From Spirochaetota bacterium (GTDB lineage: Bacteria; Spirochaetota; UBA6919; CBDBPB01), in contig CBDBPB010000007.1 of the NCBI GenBank assembly GCA_965208615.1, positions 384,001 through 448,000 of the forward strand: a DNA stretch of 64,000 bases, given 5' to 3'. Positions 49,909 through 56,601 of the stretch are shown one piece after another (position 1 is the stretch's first letter; each line of letters opens with the position of its first letter). The notes under the pieces were generated by a model. That model ran no database searches. It was not told the origin of the DNA and saw nothing but the letters and a program-made list of their open reading frames with translations. The translations under genes and the position numbers were made by a program.

Positions 49909-50899
49909 ATTCTCCCATCCGAAAAACTTGTCAAGGCGTTTATAGTTTTAGCTCTTGCACAAAGCCTTTCTTGCGTGCTGTTGCCAGATTTGGGCTGTTC
50001 TTTGCCCTATCCCAAGCTTTTTGTAAAACTCTAATTTTTCTCCATGTTCAAAGTTTTTATTGCTTAGATACATGCCTATCGCTAAGCGTATTGCATTTTG
50101 TGTTGCTCTGCTCATGTTGCTTAAAACTGTCTCTATGTCTTTATCATTTGCATTGCTATTAGCAAGACGAATGAAAGCCTCAATAGTATTGTCTTTGGCT
50201 CGACCCAAAAAGTGCTCGGCTAATACTTTGGCTGCTTCGTCTTGATACAGTTCTAACCTAACTTGAAGGCCAGACTTCACCCTGTCTATATTAATTGTTG
50301 CAAGCCATAATGGCAAAGAGTCTTGGCGGATATAAAACATGTCCTGCTCTTTGACTGCTCCTTTTGTCGGTGTTCGTATAACACGAACACCTTTTGATAA
50401 TATTCTATGTCTCTGGATTTTCTCATATTGTCCACTAAAACTAAGACCTAAACGATCACAGATAGGCTTAACAGGAGTATAAATATCATTAGTTCTCTTA
50501 TCTAAAATCCCTGTTACCCTATCTCCATAAAAGTTAATAGTTGATATTTCATAATTATTATTCATTGTTATTCTCCCATCCGAAAAACTTGTCAAGGCGT
50601 TTATAGTTTTAGCTCTTGCACAAAGTCTTTCTTGCGTGCTGTTGCCAGATTTGGGCTGTTCTTTGCCCTATCCCAAGCTTTTTGTAAAACTCTAATTTTT
50701 CTCCATGTTCAAAGTTTTTATTGCTTAGATACATGCCTATCGCTAAGCGTATTGCATTTTGTGTTGCTCTGCTCATGTTGCTTAAAACTGTCTCTATGTC
50801 TTTATCATTTGCATTGCTATTAGCAAGACGAATGAAAGCCTCAATAGTATTGTCTTTGGCTCGACCCAAAAAGTACTCGGCTAATACTTTGGCTGCTTC
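49909..50899. repeat. 330-bp near-identical direct repeat (49909-50238 and 50570-50899)
   Basis: Offset 661 bp; two mismatches seen. Confidence 0.9.
49948..50565 (-). CDS. Antirepressor (P22 AR N-terminal domain) copy 2
   Basis: YTPVKPICDRLGL...Q..KI, LPLWLATI..DRVK, YQDEAAKVL; C-terminus shared with copy 1. Confidence 0.85.
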   Translation of the reverse strand: MNNNYEISTINFYGDRVTGILDKRTNDIYTPVKPICDRLGLSFSGQYEKIQRHRILSKGVRVIRTPTKGAVKEQDMFYIRQDSLPLWLATINIDRVKSGLQVRLELYQDEAAKVLAEHFLGRAKDNTIEAFIRLANSNANDKDIETVLSNMSRATQNAIRLAIGMYLSNKNFEHGEKLEFYKKLGIGQRTAQIWQQHARKALCKS

Positions 50900-51220
50900 T
50901 TTTTGGTAAAGGTAGAGCCTGTCTCTTAGTTCTGGCTTGACTTTGTTGATGTTGATTGTTGTTAGCCATAGTGGAACTAAATCGTGGCGAATACAAAACA
51001 TGTTTTGTTTTTTGACAGCACCTCTTGTCGGTGAGACCATAATGGTCACACCGTCGCTTAAAACAGGATGGTTTTGTATTTTTCTAATTTGCTTGTTTGA
51101 AGCAATTCCAAAAATCTCACAAATAGGTCTGACAGGAGTGTAAATGTCATTAGTTTGCCTGTCCAGCACTGCTGTTATTTTATCACCGTAAAAATCGATT
51201 GTAGATATTTCATTTCTCAT
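50609..51220 (-). CDS. Antirepressor (P22 AR N-terminal domain) copy 1
   Basis: YTPVRPICE, PLWLTTININKVKPE, YQKEAAKVL; GGGAG SD; overlaps the Ner/Cro gene end. Confidence 0.85.
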   Translation of the reverse strand: MRNEISTIDFYGDKITAVLDRQTNDIYTPVRPICEIFGIASNKQIRKIQNHPVLSDGVTIMVSPTRGAVKKQNMFCIRHDLVPLWLTTININKVKPELRDRLYLYQKEAAKVLAEYFLGRAKDNTIEAFIRLANSNANDKDIETVLSNMSRATQNAIRLAIGMYLSNKNFEHGEKLEFYKKLGIGQRTAQIWQQHARKTLCKS

Positions 51221-51398
51221 TTTCATTCTCCCATCCGAAAAACTTGTCAAGGCGTTTAGAAGTCATTTTGTCATGTATATAAAAATGCACTGCGTGATAA
51301 GTTATCCCTAATGTTTTAGCTGCTTCTTTCTGAGTCATCCCTTTATCAATTAACTTTTTTTTACAATGTTTGATTTTCTGAAGGTTTTCAGCAGACAT
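51210..51398 (-). CDS. Ner/Cro-like HTH early regulator
   Basis: GMTQKEAAKTLGITYHAVHFYI; divergent from repressor; AAGGAG SD. Confidence 0.85.
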   Translation of the reverse strand: MSAENLQKIKHCKKKLIDKGMTQKEAAKTLGITYHAVHFYIHDKMTSKRLDKFFGWENENEK

Positions 51399-51484
51399 TA
51401 ACAGCTCCTTTAATCAATTTTTTATTAATGTAATTTGAATTTCATTCGATTTTAAATTAACTTAATATTAATTAAGTTAATTAT

Positions 51485-51513
51485 ATTATACGGATAAATT
51501 ATCCGTAAGTCAA
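51485..51513 (-). promoter_or_regulatory. Early sigma70 promoter with palindromic operator in its spacer
   Basis: Minus strand TTGACT-N17-TATAAT; TACGGATAA-A-TTATCCGTA palindrome 51489-51507; second IR 51455-51482. Confidence 0.8.
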
Positions 51514-51554
51514 GTGTAATTTTGTTTTTTTATCCTTTTTTTTTGAGTATTTAT

Positions 51555-52001
51555 ATGTTTGGCGATAGAGTAAGGAAAGTACGAAACATATTGAAGCTGA
51601 ATCAGTCTCAGCTATCTAAAGCAATAGGGATAGATAGCAGTCGTTTAAGCCGCGTAGAAAATGATAAAGAAAAGTTGACAATAGAGCAATTGGATAAATT
51701 ATCAAGACTAAAGAATATTAATCTGCACTGGCTATTAACAGGAGAGGGTGAGATGTTTTTAGGCTCTAAGGATAAAAATAAAATGGAAGAGAGAGTCACA
51801 TATCACGAAATGAGCGATGCCGAGATCAGGCTGTTAAAAGAGATCATAATGCTCTCAGAAGAAGCTTGCATAGATTTAGAGATTAGGGTTGACCCAAAAA
51901 CAAAAGCAGAAAAGATAGTAAAGCTTTTTCTACACTATCATAAAGAAGAGATAGCAGTAGACAAACAAACTATTGGCACTATATTAAAACTTGTGTCGTA
52001 G
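51555..52001 (+). CDS. Prophage repressor (XRE HTH)
   Basis: GDRVRKVR..LKLNQSQLS..IGI....SRVE, NLHWLLTGEGEM. Confidence 0.9.
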   Translation: MFGDRVRKVRNILKLNQSQLSKAIGIDSSRLSRVENDKEKLTIEQLDKLSRLKNINLHWLLTGEGEMFLGSKDKNKMEERVTYHEMSDAEIRLLKEIIMLSEEACIDLEIRVDPKTKAEKIVKLFLHYHKEEIAVDKQTIGTILKLVS

Positions 52002-52174
52002 TAACCAAGAAATGCAAGCTTATGAGATAATATTACTTTATATTGATAATAAACATTAACAACGCTATCCTTAACCATTATGACTCTGTCTACTCCTTTT
52101 AGCTTCTCTTTTTTTCCGATTTTCTCTTCAAATTCTTTTCGCACTTTTTTTCTCTTACTGTTATTTTCGCCCAT
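51938..52174 (-). CDS. Phage hypothetical protein, convergently overlapping the repressor
   Basis: AAGGAG SD; 78 aa. Confidence 0.45.
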   Translation of the reverse strand: MGENNSKRKKVRKEFEEKIGKKEKLKGVDRVIMVKDSVVNVYYQYKVILSHKLAFLGYYDTSFNIVPIVCLSTAISSL

Positions 52175-52495
52175 CGGTTTTCTCCTTGTATAAATCAGTC
52201 TTTATAAACTATATTAAACAAAGGGTAATGTTAATATCTTAGACTTAAAGTGAGAAAAAATAAACTTATTTTGAATTTTGACAGGAAGTTAGTCGTATAG
52301 AACAGTAATAAAATTGCTTTTATGACAGCTATATTAATTCAAATGCGTACACCCCGCACGCATTTGACCCTGTGTTTATGATTTTTACTTTTAGGTAAAG
52401 TAGGGTTAAAAAATACATATAATAGGAAGAAAGTCAGTTTTAAATGCGAAATCGTTTCGCATTTGTCATTACGGTGATTTGAATATCGCTTTCTA

Positions 52496-52675
52496 TTATA
52501 GATTTGATTTTTTTAACAAATATTTTTCTATACTGTCTTTATAGAGAAATATTTTTTTCTTACCAGGTTTATATCCTTTAATTTTACCGTCTTCAAGCAG
52601 TTCATAAAGCATGTGTCTGCCTATCTTGTATATCTCAGAAGCTTCTTTAACAGTCATAACATTTTTACTTGTCAT
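52496..52675 (-). CDS. Excisionase-like HTH DNA-binding protein
   Basis: MTVKEASEIYKIGRHMLYELLEDGKIKG....I......IE.YL. Confidence 0.8.
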   Translation of the reverse strand: MTSKNVMTVKEASEIYKIGRHMLYELLEDGKIKGYKPGKKKIFLYKDSIEKYLLKKSNL

Positions 52676-52717
52676 ATATTCTACAATTACGTCAATTTCT
52701 ATTAAAAAAAACAACTA

Positions 52718-52760
52718 TTTTAGCTGTTTTAGAGGTTTTAGCTGTTTTAGGCAGTTTTAG
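52718..52760. repeat. Five TTTTAG direct repeats at 9-10 bp spacing upstream of the late operon
   Basis: Copies at 52718, 52727, 52736, 52745, 52755. Confidence 0.75.
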
Positions 52761-52797
52761 GTTTGCCTAAAGTCTTTTCTATTCATAACTTTTTTGT

Positions 52798-53316
52798 ATG
52801 GCGTACTCTGATTTAATTAAAGAGCAAGCGTTTAGTCTCTTTTGCATAGGCTATTCGTTTGCTAAAATAGCAAAGAAGCTTAAAATTGAAAATAAAAAAG
52901 AATGCAAAAACATAAACAGCAAGACAGTCAAGACGTGGGCAAAGAGGTTTGATTGGGAGAATGAAAGAGAAAAAGGTAAAAAAAGTGCTATAGAAAACAG
53001 AAAACAAAGCATAGTTAATTTAATAACACAAGTTGCAAAGCAAACGGAAAAGCAAATCATAAAATGTCTTGAAGAGATAGACAAAAAAGAGTTCAGCAGT
53101 AAGGAGGGCGGGATATATGCTACAATAGCCCTTCTGAATAAGCACTTAGAGCTTGCTGGCAAAAATGTAATAATAAACATAAACAACAAAGAGGATGTGG
53201 CCCTTTTGCTGACAGCTATGCAGAGCATACCCGAGCTAAACAATGCTATAGAAAAACATAAAAGCGTGATAGGAAAAAAATTAAAAGAGCTACAAGCTGA
53301 AAATGAAGAGGCATAA
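52798..53316 (+). CDS. DUF1804-like / small terminase-like HTH protein
   Basis: MAYS...KE.AF.L...G.S...IA..L..TVKTW....DW; first late gene. Confidence 0.65.
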   Translation: MAYSDLIKEQAFSLFCIGYSFAKIAKKLKIENKKECKNINSKTVKTWAKRFDWENEREKGKKSAIENRKQSIVNLITQVAKQTEKQIIKCLEEIDKKEFSSKEGGIYATIALLNKHLELAGKNVIININNKEDVALLLTAMQSIPELNNAIEKHKSVIGKKLKELQAENEEA

Positions 53317-53319
53317 ATA

Positions 53320-53607
53320 ATGACAGTCGCTGAAGAAAGGCTAAGAGAAGCTGAAACAGACATTAAGCTATTACAAATTGGTCAAACTGAAATCAAAAAA
53401 GATTTGCAATATGTTAAGCTGGCTGTAAACGAGCAAAAAGATACTGACAAGGAGATCCTTGACAAGCTCGATGAACATAGCATATCGCTTAACACCCTTA
53501 CCAATTCAAGAACATTAGGGAAACGCATTATGGAAATTGTATTAGGGGGTTTATTGACAGGTTGTTTAGCACTTATTGCATGGTTTGCAAGAGAGGCGCT
53601 TAAATGA
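53320..53607 (+). CDS. Coiled coil + C-terminal TM protein (lysis cassette, XhlA-like)
   Basis: Coiled coil followed by IVLGGLLTGCLALIAWF; precedes endolysin. Confidence 0.55.
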   Translation: MTVAEERLREAETDIKLLQIGQTEIKKDLQYVKLAVNEQKDTDKEILDKLDEHSISLNTLTNSRTLGKRIMEIVLGGLLTGCLALIAWFAREALK

Positions 53608-54080
53608 ATTGGACCAACTTTTCCATAAACGAAATTGTTAATCCTTTATTCGATGACTGCCCTTATAGCTGGATTGAACTATCCGGCGAAGTTAAAAGGA
53701 ACCTGATTCATACAATGGACTTGGTTCAAGAGTTGAGAAGTCATATGGGCTTAGGAATAAGGCTTAATAGCACATACAGACCTAAAAGCAAAGGGGCTCA
53801 CGGCTCTGGCAAAGCTGTTGACTGTCAATTTTATCTTGATGATACGTCGGCCTATCTTCGGGCTATGAACTGGCTTAAGCAGGGATGTTCTCAAACGGGT
53901 TTTAGAGTCATAATGGAGTGGAGCGGTAGGCCAGATGGTATTCCCTGGTTCCACGTAGACAGAAATTATAAAGATTATGGAGCTAAAGTTTTAGTAGTGG
54001 GCTATCCTACTGATGGAGTGCCCGGCAATAAAATGGAATATGCCTATTGGACAGGAGGTTTGCCGGGAGATTATGTATAA
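53604..54080 (+). CDS. Endolysin, peptidase M15 family
   Basis: NSTYRP, AHGSGKAVD, WFHVD zinc motifs. Confidence 0.85.
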   Translation: MNWTNFSINEIVNPLFDDCPYSWIELSGEVKRNLIHTMDLVQELRSHMGLGIRLNSTYRPKSKGAHGSGKAVDCQFYLDDTSAYLRAMNWLKQGCSQTGFRVIMEWSGRPDGIPWFHVDRNYKDYGAKVLVVGYPTDGVPGNKMEYAYWTGGLPGDYV

Positions 54081-54294
54081 AATAAGTAGGAAGTTTTGGC
54101 TTGCAGTAGCTTTAATAATTTCAGCTACCATACTGCTCATATATAATATAATAAACAGCGATAACTGGGTGCACGTTGTGGAGGTCATTGGGGCTAGTTA
54201 TATTGCGGGCAATGTGGCTCACAGTGCTGTTAGCAGTATGAGGTTTATGAGAGTTGAAAAAAGAAGAGTAGATATAGATGATGTTGAAAAGTAA
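54073..54294 (+). CDS. Holin-like protein
   Basis: SRKFWLAV, two TM helices, YIAGN; GGGAG SD. Confidence 0.7.
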   Translation: MYKISRKFWLAVALIISATILLIYNIINSDNWVHVVEVIGASYIAGNVAHSAVSSMRFMRVEKRRVDIDDVEK

Positions 54295-54341
54295 GGATAA
54301 TTTAATAAAAAATATAACTTTTAATTTAAGGAGTAAAAACT

Positions 54342-54449
54342 ATGACAAGCGTCAAGAGAATACTTGGTCAACTAGCTAAGCACTGGAAAATAATTGCCCT
54401 TACCGTAGGAGCTATTTGTTTAGCTGTACTATTGCTATACGCAGGATAA
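54342..54449 (+). CDS. Small membrane peptide (35 aa)
   Basis: AAGGAG SD; MTSVKRILGQLAKHWKIIALTVGAICLAVLLLYAG. Confidence 0.55.
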   Translation: MTSVKRILGQLAKHWKIIALTVGAICLAVLLLYAG

Positions 54450-54464
54450 CAATAGGATAGTACG

Positions 54465-54752
54465 ATGAAAAAGCTTATAATTATCGCAATAGCTATTATT
54501 ATAGCTATTGCTATTTTCTTTATAGTAAATAAGGATAACCATTTAAACGACTACTGGCACAATCTTATAGAGAGAAAAAAAGAAATTAAAAAAAAGAAAG
54601 AAGATAATAACTCAAAGATTGGAACAATTAAAATAAAACTAAATGAGCTTAAAAAAGAGGAAATAGAATTTGAGAAAAGTAAAAAAGTTCGCTCTAAAGT
54701 GGATATTAATAGTCTCCTTAGGCGTTATAAGCACTATAGCACAGGCAAGTGA
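54465..54752 (+). CDS. N-anchored coiled-coil protein (i-spanin-like)
   Basis: N-terminal TM, charged coiled coil; lysis cassette position. Confidence 0.55.
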   Translation: MKKLIIIAIAIIIAIAIFFIVNKDNHLNDYWHNLIERKKEIKKKKEDNNSKIGTIKIKLNELKKEEIEFEKSKKVRSKVDINSLLRRYKHYSTGK

Positions 54753-55182
54753 TGAAAATAGTCACAAAAAAGCCGCTATAGACTTGTATAAAGGTCTTGA
54801 GGATGCCAATAGAGTCATAATAGAACTAAGACAAGTTAATTATAGCCTTAGAAAAAGGTATAAGGCTTTGCTAAAGCAGAGTATAGAAATTACTAATGAG
54901 CTTATTGCCGTAAGAACTAAGCTAAACAGCAGTCTGGATAAGCAAACCTTTTGGATAAAGGAATACGAAAAGTTAAGAAATAAAAAGCTTGCTCACAAAT
55001 GGATAAGCATGTCCATTAATTTTGGAGTAAGCCATGACAGGCTGAAAACTGAGGCCTCTGTACGCCTTAGTCCTTTTAAGGCTTTGAAAAGCTTTAACTT
55101 CTTCCTGACAGGGGGATATGAGTATATATATAAACATAAAGGGGATTTTTATTGGTTAGTCGGCATTGGATATAGTTTATGA
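54670..55182 (+). CDS. Secreted coiled coil + C-terminal beta-strand protein (outer spanin-like)
   Basis: GAGG SD before TTG; signal peptide ending AQA; overlaps the upstream gene in +1 frame; ends WLVGIGYSL. Confidence 0.55.
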   Translation: MRKVKKFALKWILIVSLGVISTIAQASDENSHKKAAIDLYKGLEDANRVIIELRQVNYSLRKRYKALLKQSIEITNELIAVRTKLNSSLDKQTFWIKEYEKLRNKKLAHKWISMSINFGVSHDRLKTEASVRLSPFKALKSFNFFLTGGYEYIYKHKGDFYWLVGIGYSL

Positions 55183-55194
55183 TATGGGCTTGCA

Positions 55195-56601
55195 ATGGAT
55201 ATAGTAAAAGAGTTTTTAAAACAAACAGATATACCAAAAGCCGCAAAAGAAAGGCAAAATTGGATAATAGAGAACTTGAAAGACTGTCTTGATAAGCCTT
55301 ATAAGTTATACCCTTATCAAAAGGCCTGGTTAAACGATGATAGCAGGTTTAAGATAATCTTGAAAGCCAGGCAGATCGGCTTTAGCTGGACAATAGCTTT
55401 AGAAGCATTATTTGAGTGCTTTTTGTTAGGACATAATTGCTTGATAGCCTCAGCCAGTCAACAGCAAGCTGACGAGGTTATGGAGAAGCTAAAAGATCAT
55501 TACTGGTCCTTAAAAGAGCTTTTTTCTGGTTTAAAAGAAAAGGGTGATAGCAAGTCTGAGCTTAAGATAAACTTCATGACAAAAGATAATAGCTTGTCTA
55601 AAACATACAAGAAGATAATCAGCTTGCCTGAGAATCCACGCACTGTTCAAGGGTTTACTGGCACGGTGTTTTTGGACGAGTTTGCTCATCATCAACGAGC
55701 TGATAAGATGTACAAGGCGTTGGTTCCATCTATCACTCGCTCAAAAGATTTTAAGTTGAGAGTTATTAGCACTCCAGCAGGCAAATCTGGCAAGTTTTAT
55801 GACCTCTGGACAGGTAATAATGACTTTAGGAAATGCAAAGTTAATATACACGATGCTATAAGACAAGGCTATAAGGTTGACATTAATGAGCTTAAGCGTA
55901 ATTTAAGTTCTGATGACTTTGCTGAGAGCTACTTATGTGAGTTTTTAGACAGCAATTATAGTTATTTTAGTTTAGATTTAATAGAAGGTTGTGTATCTGA
56001 AAGATTGAATAGGTGGGACAACAGGCAAAGAGGAGATTTCTATTTAGGCGTAGATATAGGCAGGAAGAAAGACTTAACTGCTCTTGTTTTGTTAGAGAGG
56101 CTGGAAGAGACTTTATACATGAGAGATTTGATAACTCTTAAAAACAAGAAGTTTGAAAAACAAAAGAAAATAATAGAAAAGGTAATAAACAACTACAAAG
56201 TAAGAGTGTGTGCGGTGGATAGCACTGGTTTGGGCATGCAACTTAGCGAAGAGCTTAAGAAGGCTTATGGACAGAGGATAGAGGAAATTAGTTTCACGGC
56301 AAATATAAAAGAAAAACTGGTTACAGATTTAAAAATAGCTTTTGAGGATAAGGCTATAAAAATAATGCCTAACAAGGAGCTTATAGAGGATATACATAGC
56401 ATAAAACGTAGTGTCACAAGTGCTGGCAATGTGAGATACGAGGGTTCAAACAAAGACAGTCACGCAGACAGGTTTTGGGCATTGGCTTTGGCGAATTACG
56501 CTACAGACCTAAGCTCTAAAGGCAAAATAGAATGGCAAGGGATAGGGCAGAGAGTTTTTAATAGTGCCAAAAGGTTTGTAAGAGGTGGCTATGGCTCTTA
56601 A
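55195..56601 (+). CDS. Terminase large subunit (Mu gp28-like)
   Basis: PYQ..W, KARQIGFS, LDEFAH, ISTP.G, GVDIGR..D, DSTGLG, HADRFWALALA. Confidence 0.95.
   Translation: MDIVKEFLKQTDIPKAAKERQNWIIENLKDCLDKPYKLYPYQKAWLNDDSRFKIILKARQIGFSWTIALEALFECFLLGHNCLIASASQQQADEVMEKLKDHYWSLKELFSGLKEKGDSKSELKINFMTKDNSLSKTYKKIISLPENPRTVQGFTGTVFLDEFAHHQRADKMYKALVPSITRSKDFKLRVISTPAGKSGKFYDLWTGNNDFRKCKVNIHDAIRQGYKVDINELKRNLSSDDFAESYLCEFLDSNYSYFSLDLIEGCVSERLNRWDNRQRGDFYLGVDIGRKKDLTALVLLERLEETLYMRDLITLKNKKFEKQKKIIEKVINNYKVRVCAVDSTGLGMQLSEELKKAYGQRIEEISFTANIKEKLVTDLKIAFEDKAIKIMPNKELIEDIHSIKRSVTSAGNVRYEGSNKDSHADRFWALALANYATDLSSKGKIEWQGIGQRVFNSAKRFVRGGYGS

Larger units (their letters stand above)
49818..51258. repeat. 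125-bp direct repeat (49818-49942 and 51134-51258); its 34-bp core also at 50570-50603
   Basis: Offset 1316 bp; core ATTCTCCCATCCGAAAAACTTGTCAAGGCGTTTA occurs three times. Confidence 0.9.

Noticed and set aside
48957-51250. MTSFSDGR N-termini given by the ORF track for the three antirepressors
   Set aside because: These come from a TTG inside the repeated leader; the GGGAG SD lies downstream, so the ATGs at 51220, 50565 and 49904 are the better starts.
48957-51258. Diversity-generating retroelement (TR/VR) explanation for the antirepressor repeats
   Set aside because: No reverse transcriptase in the window; repeats are nearly identical and the divergent parts differ at all base types rather than showing adenine-specific variation.
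49909-51258. 34-bp triple repeat as a CRISPR array
   Set aside because: Spacing is ~660 bp with whole genes between copies; no cas genes.
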